Positions 38,099-50,962 are shown, numbered from the whole stretch's first letter. The stretch: 62,982 nucleotides of DNA, filler included, from Chiloscyllium plagiosum (GCF_004010195.1; 4 parts of one record of this genome joined end to end with filler, not necessarily neighbours in it), one strand, 5' to 3'. A program made the numbers and translations. The notes: generated by a model not told the origin, from the sequence alone.

Positions 38099-38769
38099 CC
38101 AAATTATAATGTGTCGAAAATATAGGTCTCTATTACAATACCAAGCAGAATGTCTAACTTCTGCTGAAGCTGAAAGTTTGATCTGATGAGATAATTTAAG
38201 GGAAGTTCATGCAAAATGCAAAAATGTATTTCTATTTATATAACTCTGAAGTTGCAAGACTGTGAACATTCATCAAGTGACTAGAGCCCTGACTTTATCC
38301 ACTCTCTCTTTCCACTCTGAACTGAAATAACTGAGTGCACATGACGTGTGGTATTCTTAATGTCATCTGAACTACCTAGATTTCCAGCTTCGGTGAATTA
38401 GTGTTTTCTCAGAGTGGCCCTGCCCTGTGACAGTGTTGTCACCCAGAATTGAATATGGAAATTCAGACAATTCTGCATGTGTAACAGGTTTAAGTTAGTA
38501 GCAATCACTGCTGATCATGGGGCGTCACATAATTTGTATAAATACTGAGGAAAACATCCATCAGCGCCAATCCATCTTCTTTATTGAGCAAACACCTCGA
38601 TAGCACCCAGGTTCTGAGCAGACCCACAATTTTAAGTATAACAGAGCAGAAGGCTGGAGTCAGCTATTGAGGAGTGCCTTTTGAATTGGAATATATCTGG
38701 TACATGGAGGAAAATAAGGCACAAAAAAAAGGTTAATGGCCCTGTTACCTCATTTGTTTGATAATCGTG

Positions 38770-39089
38770 GGCGGCACGGTGGCACAGTGGTTAGCACTGC
38801 TGCCTCACAGCGCCTGAGACCCGGGTTCAATTCCCGCCTCAGGCGACTGACTGTGTGGAGTTTGCACGTTCTCCCCGTGTCTGCGTGGGTTTCCTCCGGG
38901 TGCTCCGGTTTCCTCCCACAGTCCAAAAGATGTGCAGGGTCAGGTGAATTGGCCACGCTAAATTGCCCGTAGTGTTAGGTAAGGGGTAAATGTAGGGGTA
39001 TGGGTGGGTTTCGCTTCGGCGGGTCGGTGTGGACTTGTTGGGCCGAAGGGCCTGTTTCCACACTGTAATGTAATGTAATGTAATGTAAT
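38770..39089 (+). mobile_element. HE1-type V-SINE, youngest-looking copy
   Basis: CpGs retained, Pol III A/B boxes, V-domain and (tgtaa)n tail. Confidence 0.93.
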
Positions 39090-40072
39090 AATTTCACAGT
39101 AGTACCTACTTCAAGTATAAACAGCTTAGATATCCTGCCTGGGGATCCCCAAGAATAAAAGGGTAATGCAATGGCAATTAAAAAAATTCAGCTGCATAAA
39201 ATGCCTTCCCTTCCTTCCTTGGTTCCGTGTCTGTAAGCTATGTGCTCAAGTTCACAGGAGATTAAAGCTCAACCCTAGATTTTCTTATCTACATAAGAAG
39301 AATGGCCCACTTTCATACCAGTTTGAGTTCTCTTGCAGTGCTTTTATTTGTCAAATCTGAATTCCACAACTGCATAACAGATGTGGGGAAAAATGATCAT
39401 CAGTAAAGATTTTAATAGATTTTCTGAGGGCATTCCTGAGCAACTTCCACACTGAAAGTTCAAAACCATGAACTGTTTTCCTGAAATTGACATTCACCAG
39501 TTATAGCACTGCAAATAGAAAAGAAAAAATAACAAACACAAAGTGAAAAATTAGCAGTGTTGCCACTAGAATTTCAGTAAGGTATAATGGTGGGTTTGTG
39601 AAATCTGTTTGTGTGTCTACTTGAAAAAGACTAAGTGCACTTGAAAATTTGGCCTTCCAAATGTGAGTGCTGTCTGGAGACAGTATTTTGATTTGCGTAA
39701 CATTGCAATGCAGTGGTGGTGATAAAAATAATAAGTGATGTGGTGAACTGAGTTTCATACTTTTAAAAATAATAAGTTATGTGTACAAAGTTAAATATTA
39801 CACAACACCAGCTTTAACTTTCAACATCATTATACTGATTTGGAAACTGGCCTTAATGGTGCTGCAGTAACAATGGTACAGTGAAATCTCCATCACCTAT
39901 AGTTCGGTCACCTGTATTCTTGATTATTGTCATAATTCCCACAAGATAATGCCATTCATGTGAGATTGGCTCATTATAAAGCCTTCTCACAACAATCTCC
40001 TGTGGAATGTAAATCAAATTCACAATTCAATATTTTGGCTCAATCTTATGTCTGGAACATGACTGAAATGTC

Positions 40073-40415
40073 CAGCTCAGAGAAGGCACTCGAATGAGAG
40101 AACAAGGAAAACATTTCAAAGATTCCCTAAAGACTTCCCTCAAGAAAGGCAACATACACACCAAATGGGAGACCCTCAGTCAGAAGAAACTGACTTAGAG
40201 GAAGCTCTAAGTGACAGGAAAGGATATTCTTTTCCAGTGTGAAGAGATAGGATTCTTTGAGAACACTTGTCGGCGAGAGTAAGAATAGAAAAGAAACCAG
40301 AGACGGGAATCCCAGTGAACCTAAGGCCAAAAACCACTTCCACCTCCCGGCAACACCAGCCAGGTGGGAGATGTGGCTCTAGTATTGGGCTCATCAACTG
40401 CACACAAGGACTGAT
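40073..40415 (+). mobile_element. RTE-clade LINE 3' remnant
   Basis: Translates QLREGTRMREQGKHFKDSLKTSLKKGNIHTKWETLSQ and later GRCGSSIGLIN, resembling the RTE C-terminus (KRFKDTLK.SLK..NI...WETLA; C.SRIGL.SH). Confidence 0.65.
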
Positions 40416-41139
40416 GGAGACCCAGGACCACTCGCCGCGGTGGGGAGTGAAGGTCTGCACGAGCACCACTCCAACCACCAGGACCTCCCAGTTCCCTGCC
40501 TGTAAAATGTGGTGCAGATATCCCCAGACTGCGATGTCCAGGCCAACTGCGCCGGGCAGCTATAGATTGTCAATACTCATCCTGATGCACCATTGGCTTC
40601 CAAAGCTGGTGCTGGAGCAGGTTGTCCATGCGTTGCGAGTTAATCCAGGAACAGCAGGTGGTAAGACTGGGTGGAAATCAAATGTGAGACATGCCATTTG
40701 ATAGTTCATGAAGTAAGTCTCAGCAAATATAGTGAGAAATCCTCCTAGGACACATGGAGACAACCTAAATAACTCAAAGCAATTTCTTTGGCCAAACCTG
40801 TAAGATTCAGCCCTTTCTGACAGTCAGACAGTAAACATAATGGGAAACAAGAGTACTCTGGATGCTGTAAATCAGAGACAAAAATCAGAAATTGCTGGAA
40901 AAGTTCAACAGGTCTGGCAGCATCTGAGGACAGAAGAAATCAGAGGTAACGCTTCTGTACAAGTGACTCTTCCTCAGTTCTGAGTAAGAGTCACTCAATC
41001 CAATACAGAGTGGCAACATTTTCTCAAGTTGCTATTTCTGAAGGATTCATAAATTTATACCTTTATAATGATTTTACAAGAAATGCAGAATACATGGTCT
41101 AATGTACTTACTATACTGTTACCATGTGATACCTATTCA

Positions 41140-41530
41140 TATTCTGGGATTTATAACTGATCAGAAACAGAACTGGAATCACAACATTAAGACTGTGACT
41201 ACAAGAGCAGGTCAGAGGCTGGGAGTTCTGCAACATGCAACTCACCTCCTGACTCCCCAGAGCCTGTCCTCCATCAACAAGGAATAAGTCAGGAGTGTGA
41301 TGGAATACTTCCCAATTGCCTGGATTGGTCCATCTCCAAAGACACTAAAGAAGCTTGACACCATCCAGAACACAGCAGCCTGCTTGACTGGCTCCCCATC
41401 CACTACCATCAGTATTCATTCACTGAACCATCAATGCACAGGGGCAGCCATGTTTACCATCTTCAAGATGCACTGTAACAACTCAACGATGCTACTCCAA
41501 CTCCAGTGACCACTAACTTCTAGAAGGACA
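41140..41530 (+). mobile_element. Non-LTR retrotransposon (CR1/L2 superclade, distinct from HER1) RT C-terminal fragment
   Basis: DQKQNWNHNIKTVTTRAGQRLGVL...LLTPQSLSSI / MEYFPIAW...LKKLDTIQN. A probable 3' end of the same type lies at 46010-46200. Confidence 0.75.
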
Positions 41531-41564
41531 AATTTATGACTGTTTATCAACTTCTGCCAATATA

Positions 41565-41990
41565 TCATAGATTCATACAACATAGAAAAGGCCAATTGAC
41601 TCATTGAGTCTGCATTGACCTAGTAACCAATAAAGGTGCCCTAATCCTAATTTCCTGCACTTGTCCCATACCCTTGAATGTTATGACATTTGATGTGCTT
41701 GTCCAATTTTTTTTTTAAGTTTTTAAAGTTTCCAACCTCCACTACCTTCCCAGGCAATGCATTCCAGATTCCCACTAACAGTTGAGCAAAAACATTTTAC
41801 TTCCCAAAATCTCCTCAGAATCTCCTGCACCTTACCCTAAAACTATGCTGCTTTGTGGTTGACCCCTCAACCAATCTGCTCTCTATTCACCCTGTCTATA
41901 CCCCTCATATTCTTAAACACCCCAACAAGTCTCATCTCAGTCTTATCTGCTTTAAAGAAAACAATGCAAGCCTATCAAGTGTCTCCTTAT
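41565..41990 (-). mobile_element. CR1 3' end, degenerate
   Basis: Reverse tail (catagattcatacaacatagaaaaggcc) plus ORF2-end similarity. Confidence 0.7.
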
Positions 41991-43279
41991 CAATAACGTA
42001 AATATTTTGTGTTGAATTTACTGGAGTGACTGAAGAATAAAGTACAATGCTTTTCCTTGCCGGAGAAAGACTGATGCAGCTTTATGGGTATGCACTTGAA
42101 CAAAATAACAGAAATTGTTTGTGTGAGGACAGAGAAACATAAAACACAGCAGCGGAGTAGGTCATTCAACCCTTCCAACCTACTCCACCATTCAATCTCA
42201 TATTCCTACTCCGCCATTTTCTTACTCTCTCCCCATACCCCTCGATGCCTTTGAAATCTAAAAATGTATCCCCTTCTTGATTATATTCAGTTACTCAGCC
42301 TCACATTAGCATACGGTCCAGCAAAACCAAATAGGGCAATTATCAGACGATGAGTGAAATCACAACACATTGGGACTCCTGTAACGGTGAAAGTCAAAGA
42401 GTTTGTATATGTTTGTAGTGATAAAACCAACCCTGCAACAACACCCAAGTAACTTAAGTGGAAGGTGCCTTGTGAGGCCTTCGCAATCAAACCTTTGGTA
42501 AGCTCTCTATCTCAAAACAAATATAAGATACTGATCATCTAAACTAAAATCAGAAAACACTTGAAATAGTCAGCATTTGTGGAGACAGAAACAGAATCAA
42601 AGTTGTAATTCAAAGCCTGTTCATCAGAAGAGGATAAAGGAAAAACTTAGCTGTAATGGTATCTATTAAGCAAGAAGCAGGTAAAAGGGTGTTGGAAGTA
42701 AAGAATCATAGTGATGGAGAGGAAATTCTATTTCATGTAAATAAAGACCATTTCAACAAGACAACTGTAGACTAGCTTACTGGTGTAATCATTCAAAGCA
42801 AGACAGCAGTTTTAGAATAGAGAGAGAAAAAAATTACATTTCTTAAGTCACAAAAAAAAAGAAAAATACAATGTGATAATTGAAAGATCTTACTTGTTGA
42901 TATGAACAACAATTCTGTTTTGTTATTACTCCTTTATTCCCTTATTTAGAATTGTTTCTCTTCACTTATTTATCTGATGATTAATATACTTTCCTTATAC
43001 TCCCTTCGTTAGGAGTTAAGCTTCCCTAATGAAGACGTTAGACTAGAAACATGTTCCCAGACATCCATCAATGCTGTTTCACAGCTAGACCTTGGGAATG
43101 TTTGGAAACTGGTTACAATGACTCAGTCAGGTTTTCCTCTCTTCCTTTCAAAATAAAATGCTGTGGCCACTCTGACGTATGTCCTTAAACTAGCTGACTG
43201 AGGTTGTGAATAATTTTGTGTGAAATTGCACATCCAAACTCAAAGCCTACCTGGGCATCCATCTACTTTTACAGTTATA

Positions 43280-44040
43280 CAGTCATAGAGTCAGAGATGT
43301 ACAGCAGAGAAACAGGACCTTCAGTCCAACTTGTCCATGCTGACCTGATATCCTAAATTAATCTAGTCCCATTTTCCAGCACTTGGCCCATATCCCTCCA
43401 AACCCTTCCTATTCATATACCCATCCAGATGCCTATTAAATGGTATAATTGTACCAGCCTCCACCACTTCCTCTGGCAGCTCATTCTGTACACATACCAC
43501 CCTCTGTGTGAAAAAGTTGCTACTTAAGACCCTTTTAAATTTTTCCCCTCTGACTTTAAACCTATGCCCTCTAGTTCTGGACTCCCATACGCAGGGAAAA
43601 GACCTTGTCTATTCACTCTATCCATGCCCCTCATGATTTTATAAACCTTCATAGAGTGTTACAAGGGGACATAAATTTAAGGTGAAGGGTGGAAGGTATA
43701 GGGGAGATGTCAGGGGTGGGTTCTTTACCCAGAGAGTGGTGGGGGCATGGAATGCGCTGCCCATGGGAGTGGTAGAGTCGGAATCATTCGCGACCTTTAA
43801 GCGGCATTTGGATAGGTACTTTTCTGAACCCTTTCAAGTTTCACAACATCTTTCCGATAGGAAGGAGACCAGAATTGCAACAATGGCCTAACCAATGTCC
43901 TGTACAGCCGCAACATGACCTCCCAACTCCTGTACTCCATACTCTGGCCAATAAAGGAAAGCATACCAAACACCTTCTTCACTATCCTATCTACCTGCGA
44001 CTCCACTTTCAAGGAACTATGAACCTGTACTCCAAGGTTT
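43280..44040 (-). mobile_element. CR1 3' end containing an opposite-strand piece of another CR1 family (43651-43819)
   Basis: Minus-strand CR1 on both sides of the plus-strand KGGRYRGDVRGGFFTQRVVGAWNALP segment. Confidence 0.88.
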
Positions 44041-44607
44041 CTACCCATTTGGTGACATTGTACACTTTTCACTGTACTCCTGGTCTTTTGGAACGTGAGC
44101 ACACATAACAATAAACCTAGTTCTAATTTTAAGTCTGTCCATTTAAAAAAAAATCTTACTTATAAAAATTCAACAACCATCAACATTATGTTGTCCACAC
44201 ATTCCATTCTACACAGTGTTTACATGAGCAATAATAAGTGTTAGCACTAAATGCTTTGTTACGGTTTTGGTGAACTGTCAAAACATTGACACTGGTCGAA
44301 CTAAAACACAGAGGATTAAAATATTCAATACCTTAAAATAGACAGAAGGATTGCACTGTCTCATTCACCCATGTCCATTCAATGTGCTGCAACCAGCAAG
44401 GTAACTTTCTACTTCCTGCTGTTTGAAGTGCTTGCTGTGTGAACACAGCACTACATTGTCCATTGGCACCACACATCAGCAGGCAACCTGATACCATGAG
44501 CAGTCTGTAACTTCTTAAGGTTACAAAGTGTCTCAACAAACAAACAAACAGTGGGAGCTTTCTGAAAAGCGAATGTACGATGTAATACTTAGAAGAATGG
44601 CTGATAT

Positions 44608-44814
44608 GTGAGAGCTAGCATTTCTGATGATGCACAGGAGGGCTTGATGCAAGACACAAACAAGTGAGACATCCTGAAAATCCACAGGAAATTATGCATA
44701 AGGCTCAGGAGTTGTTGGGAAGCAGTGACATTCGAAGTCAATGCTAGGATTGTTGCTTCAAGAACACTAATGCAGTGCAGGAAAAACTTTAACAATCTGA
44801 CAAGAGTTGTCAAG
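44608..44814 (+). pseudogene. Myb/SANT-like DNA-binding remnant, probably PIF/Harbinger accessory gene
   Basis: Translates VRASISDDAQEGLMQDTNK*DIL...CWEAVTFEVNARIVASRTLMQCRKNFNNLTRVVK, matching the W..V...VNA.....RT..QCRK.F..L pattern, with one stop. Confidence 0.7.
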
Positions 44815-46439
44815 ATGGTTACAAAGATACTTTATTTTTAATATTGCTCACAGGACTTAAGTTTTGAAAAATTGTGGAAAGTGGATTTATTTCTTTTTTT
44901 GTAGATACGTCTGGATTGGTTTCTCGAAAAGCGGTCACTGAAAATTGTCATGCATGACTGAGGTAATGGAAATCAAGCCTCACCATTTCTCAGACTTGTC
45001 ATAAAAGTTACAAGATTTTTAAAACTATGCAAAGATACCCCAATTTAGCTCATTTTCAGATTCAGCTAGGCCAAAAACATGGACCAGGTTTCTATACATA
45101 ACAAAAATGATTGCTCATTATAAGTAATTAAATAATAAACAATTATGAGCCATCGTCATACAGGTCTCCTGGTTTTAAACATAAAACAAGTATTCGTCAG
45201 CATCTGCAAGGGTTACATTCTTGAGAATACGTGTGAATGATAAAATATGTAAGCGTGGAGCTTGTTAAAAATAGATTTTAAAAAATCAAGGATATGCAAT
45301 TTTTATTGTTCCTTATTTTTTGGCACAGATAAGCGGATTCATGATTCGTGATTTTGCAGATGCAGAGGATTTAATGTATATATAGTATATACACATGTAA
45401 AAAGAAAGAAAACCTGGGTGTTATGGACAAAGGGAAAAACTGGGAAAGAAATTCAGTAGTTTCTGTTCAAGACAGTTATGGAAACGATTCACTGGTTAGA
45501 CTGTTGCTTCAAACTCATCTTTCTCCGGGTGGCTCTATTGGCTCATAAATGACATAGGGTGGCTGTTTATAGAAGGAGGCCATTTGACTCGTCGAATTCA
45601 TGCCAGCTCCAGAAAGAATTCCCCAGCTAGTCCCATTCTCCAGCCCTCTCTCGACATTCCTCCACATTCATCACTTTCAAATGAAAATGCAGCTTCTTTT
45701 TGAAACCTCCAATGGAAACCACCTAAGACCATAAGACCATAAGACATAGGAGCAGAAGTATGGCCATCGGCCCATCGAGTCCACTCCGCCATTCAATCAT
45801 GGCTGATGGGCATTTCAACTTCACTTACCCGCATTCTCCCCATAGCCCTTAATTCCTTGTGACATCAAGAATTTATCAATCTCTGCCTTGAAGACATTTA
45901 GCGTCCCAGCCTCCACCGTTTCCAATATTTCTTCAAATGCACCACAAACTCTGACCTGTACTATCCAGACAGACAGTGGAGAATCCCACTGCCTGTAATC
46001 TAACACCATCCTGCCATGGTAAAAAAATTCCATTCTTTCAGCATCGCTGGGTCAAAATCCTGGAACTCCTTTCTACCACAACCATGGATATACCTTCACT
46101 GCATAATGCAGCTGTGCAAGAAGGTGACTTGGGGCCAGTTAGGTTTGGACAATAAATGCTATCTTTGGCAGCAACGCACATATTCCACAAATAGATTAAA
46201 AAGTTACAACACGGTGTCTGGGGCAGCAGGCCAGACTCAAGCATGCACCCACCCCTCCAAAGCAGAGTGTGTACCAGTCTGTGCATATTTTCTCTCCCAA
46301 TACAGATGCATCAAATCCAGGAAAATGTCCAACTTGAGCTACTCACCTTGGGACCCCAAATATACCCCTGAGTCTTTTTGATACATCTGGACATGCAAAC
46401 TGTCATAACATTATGTGAAAAAAAAGCTCTTTTGATGGC

Positions 46440-46613
46440 TTGATCAAAAGTTAATTCTCATTCACTGTCACTAAAACAGGTCATTTACCACATTGTGGGA
46501 CATTACATTATCTATGCTACTGTATTTTAAAAGTTCTTCATTGGCTGAAAATGCTTTGGGGACATTCCAGGGATATTAAAAGTATGATATAAAAGCAAAA
46601 GTCTTTCTTTCTT
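46440..46613 (+). mobile_element. DeuSINE/SacSINE1-like 3' remnant (L2-type tail)
   Basis: aaaagttcttcattggctgaaaatgctttgggacattcc...atataaaagcaaaagtctttctttc. Confidence 0.55.
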
Positions 46614-49600
46614 ATTTAGTCCGTATTGCACAAAATAATTTTGAACAATCAAACATCATTTTGAAATCGGTGTTCTTATACTGAAATCACCTCATTTCAT
46701 GCTTAAAACATCAAATATTTTATAGGCGCACATATTATAAGTTCACAGTCTCCTATTCAAAGACTTTTGAGAACTCTGTAATGATTGAGATATATTAGCT
46801 TCTTTTAATATTTATGTGACTGAAGCTGATTTGTAACTTAGCAGATTTAATGCAAGACTAGCTATTAAAAGTTACAAGAAATCACACTTTAAAGTCTGCT
46901 GTCTAGCCTTAACAACTTCCAAGTGAGTCCCAGGGGCACAGTTACTTTAGGTGCTAGAAAATTACAGTTGAACCATGAGTCGCACAACTCTTGTACACTA
47001 TAGCTCAGATATGTTCTTCTGAATTTTAGAACCTTTCATTCATTTTCTTGAAACATTCATGCATTGTTAGAAAACCAGAAAGTTTCTTTCCATTATCTGA
47101 TTAAATCAACTAGCAACAGGTCTCCATAGTTCTAGACGAGCACTAATATAAATGATTGGATCAACAATCAATGAGATTGGGATTACTTCAATTCTTGTCT
47201 TCCAGTGTTCACTCCACTGAGATTGAGGGGGCAAAATGGGAAGGAATCTAACTTCCATAGGACAGTGGGTAGACGTGTTAGAATGGACAATAAACAGACG
47301 CATGTCAGTTGTAAATGTCCACAAGTACGGGAGAGGAAAGGACTCCAATGCTTCCCACCACCCCGGCTAGTCATTTCTAAGGTGGTTGATCTGATTTAAC
47401 ACATATTGATATTTTATATTTATTTATCCAGAGTTATTATATAAACATAGATATTTTGTTTTAATGTCTTTAATGGTCAAAACTACTTCTTCATGCACCC
47501 ACAGATATTTCTCAAATCACTTGACACACAATTTCTACAGTGCCCAGTTGCACCAACTCTCAACATAAGTTCTAGCACTGCTCCTTTCTGGTATTTTTGC
47601 CTCAAAAGGAAGCAATTGAGCTCCTGCCTTTTATGTCACAAGTTTTAAACTCACAAAGGACAGAGGCTGACTCAAGTTTCAGAGCAAGTACGACTCCCAT
47701 CACACCTAAATGACATTATAGTGAAACGGTAATCAGAACTCAAAGCTAGAAGAGGATATTATAAAAGTTCCATTGGATCTTTGAAGCATACTCTGCGAGA
47801 GCGATGTCAAACTAACTGGTGAGATTCAGGTGTTCTCGATGGGATAGTGTTACAGGAAGCTCACGAGTGTAGAGTCTGAGACAATTTTACAATGCCTGAA
47901 AAGTCCTTGTTGAGCCAGGACAGACAAATAGGTTCCATTGTTCACTCTTGTATCAACAGTCATATTGATAGTGTTTCTTGCTCCCAGAGTGACAACAAAT
48001 TTCCTTTCAAATGGTCCTGAATACTTCATATATCTTTGCACATTTATATTCATTGCAAGTTTTCTGATCCTTCACCTAGACAAGATTTCAAAAGTTTCGA
48101 GCTTGTATACTGTAAAGTCATGGTCATTATTTCTGAATTACCTCAAATGATTGCACACGCTGACAAGTGGCAGAAAAGAGTCAAACACATGCAGCAAAAA
48201 TGTGAGATAATCTGAGGATCATCAAACTTGATAAAACACAGCATCTGAACATTATTCTGTGATGTGAATACCAGCCTGTAGCCCTGTACCGTGCCATAAA
48301 TGGGAACTATCCACAAGGTCTAAAGGGCTGGAAAATGACCACATTGATGTTAATGACTGCCAAAGACTCACTTAAAAGGCAGAGATGCATTTAATGAAGA
48401 GAGGGCCAAAGCCAAACAGCTGGATGGATCAAAAATAAGTAACTCCACTCCAAACCATTCACTTCAGGTCTTCTCAAAACAAAGTAAATTGTGATAGCAA
48501 GAAAGCAAAGAAAGCCAAATGCTGAACAATTATAAAATGATTTGCCTTTGCATGCTCAAAAATCTTTTCCTTAGTGAAACACATTAGGGGCTAGAAGAAT
48601 TGTTTTAGGTCACAGCTTCTTTTTATAGCTATTATCAGCTTCAACAAGATTTTATAACTTACGTCTTTAAGGAAAAGTAAAGTAGAGAGTTGGAACTTTC
48701 TCATGAAACCTCAAGGCACTTTGAAATGTTTAACATTGCAGCAAACACACTCTACTTTTGAGGATCAGCAGTTATATTTTGTAATATGATCCACCTGACT
48801 TACATTGTACTTCACTGTCATATCAAGGTACCTAAACTTGCCTCATTGTTTCACAAAGGTTCAGATCTATTATCAGACTTGCAGAGGGTGGAACGCGTAA
48901 GGACCTGGCAATATGTAACTATCCTGAAACTAGTACTGCTGCATGGAAGCACCTTTTTCCTTGTTTGGTAACAAACTGAACTATGGACACCTTCACCCCT
49001 TCACTCATCCTCAGACCCTCCAACCACCCCACCACCTCCTGTCTGATCTCTCAACTACTGTGCCAGCCCAAGCATAGCCCAAGCTAAACACACTAAATTC
49101 TACAGGGAGGATATTTAATCTTGAGGATTTGATTAAAGCCATAATTATTGTGATGCTTTCAACAATTTTTTTGTTTTGACGATAGAGGATAATGCACGTG
49201 TCGGAAACGATCCATATTCTCCTTAAGTGGATTAGACAAGGTTGAATAAAACTTTAAAAACTCAAATTCTTTCATTTTGATGACTATTGCTGCTACTTTG
49301 CTCTTATGGGCCAAATGGGCCATTAGTTTCACTGTCTGTCTCTACCTTCAGAATATCATACTGCAAATTTAAATAAGAGAAATTCAATCTCGCTAGTCAC
49401 TAACTAGTATTTTTGGGAAGTTCAATATTTAACTGTTTCTGAGCAGTGGTGGATGAACAAGAGTACTATACATATTATGAACTAGAAATGGTCATGGTGA
49501 TACAAACTACAGGGCGTTCTGCTTTAACATACGTTTCATTAATGCAAATTTGCTTTAACACGATTGTCAAATTGGAGCCACTCTTTCTAAAGTGTGAACT

Positions 49601-50026
49601 TTTAAAGCATGTATTGATTATAATGTAATTGAGGCCACATTAGTTTAATTTTGAGTGCGAGCAGCAGCGGAGATAAGACGAACCCGGAAGACTGCAGCTA
49701 AGGTAAGGCAGTTTTTTAAAAATTACTTACCGGTAGCGGACAGCGGTGTTTTCCCTTTCACAGAAGGAGTGGGAGCAGCGGGGGAAGTGACGAGGACCAG
49801 AGGGGCAGCCGGGAAGGAAAGCAGTGACCATATATATCAGCAAGGAGGCTAAACCTGAGACTCTACTACTGTAGAGTCTCCCACCCGCCCTCCTCCTCTA
49901 ACCTAGTTAATAAGGTAACGTTCATTCTAAACTTCCTCTATTGGATATAAGTTTGTTATTAATTTTATAGCAACTTGAACTAAGCTTTCTCCTTTAGTGC
50001 TGAGTGGGTGTTCAGATAAGCCGGGT

Positions 50027-50962
50027 ATGGATGCGAGGGCAGTTGCTTGCTCCTCCTGCAGAATGTGGCAGGTGGGAGACAGGGCACACTCTCCACTGGC
50101 TACATCTGTGGGAAGTGCACCCAACTCCAGCTCCTTGAAAACCGTGTTAGGGAATTGGAGCTGGAGCTGGATGAACTACGGATCATTCGGGAGGCTGAGG
50201 GGGTAATTGAGAGGAGTTACCGGGAGTTGGTCACTCCTAAGGCTCAGGACAAGGATAGATGGGTTACAGTCAGGGGGAGGAAAGGGGACAGACAGACAGT
50301 GCAGAGATCCCCTTTGGACATTACCCTCAGCAATAAGTATATCGGTTTGGATACTGCTGGGGGGGGATGACCTACCAGAGGAAAGCCATAGCAGTCAGTT
50401 CTCTGGCACTGAGCCTGACACTGTGGCAAAGAAGGGAAAGAGGCAGAATAGAAACGTACTGGTGGTAGGGGACTCGATAGTTAGGGGAATCAACAGGAGA
50501 TTTTGTGGTCAGGATCGGGATCCCCGGAAGGTATGTTGCCTCCCTGGTGCCAGAGTCCGGGAAGTCTCCGATCGGGTGTATAAGGTTCTGAAAGGGGAGG
50601 GCAAACAGCCAGAAATCGTGTTACATATTGGCACCAATGATATAGCCAGGAAAAGGATCGAGGATATAAAAAGTGATTCCAGTGAGTTAGGGTGGAAGCT
50701 GCAAAGCAGGACGAACAGAGTACTGTTCTCTAGTTTACTACCGGTGCCTCGAGATAGCGAGGCGAGGAACAGGGAGAGGGCGCAGCTTAATATGTGGCTG
50801 CGCAGCTGGTGTAGGAGGGAGGGCTTCAGATATGTAGATAATTGGGATGCCTTCTGGGGAAGGTGGGATCTGTACAAGAAGGACGGGTTGCATCTGAACT
50901 GGAAGGGGACCAATGTCCTGGGTGGAAGGTTTGCTCGAGTAGTTCGAGAGGGTTTAAACTAG
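50027..50962 (+). pseudogene. CR1 ORF1: CxxC/CxxC zinc finger, leucine zipper and SGNH/GDSL esterase (2 frameshifts)
   Basis: MDARAVACSSCRMW / YICGKCTQLQLLENRVRELELELDEL / VLVVGDSIVRG...LHIGTND...KDGLHLN. Frameshifts lie near 50080-50100 and in the G-run at 50359-50366. Confidence 0.9.

Noticed and set aside
38770..38840. tRNA-like sequence with A and B boxes
   Set aside because: It is the head of a multi-copy SINE continuing into a V-domain and LINE tail, with no complete cloverleaf evident.
39915..39945. Slight similarity (minus strand gggaattatgacaataatca) to the ADAMTS19 MGINHDNDH exon
   Set aside because: It needs a frameshift, has no downstream match to PSCADGLHIM and no splice sites.
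50207..50962. 251-aa ORF as a host GDSL lipase/esterase gene
   Set aside because: It sits between a CR1 zinc-finger/leucine-zipper segment and the ORF2 endonuclease start, so it is retrotransposon ORF1.
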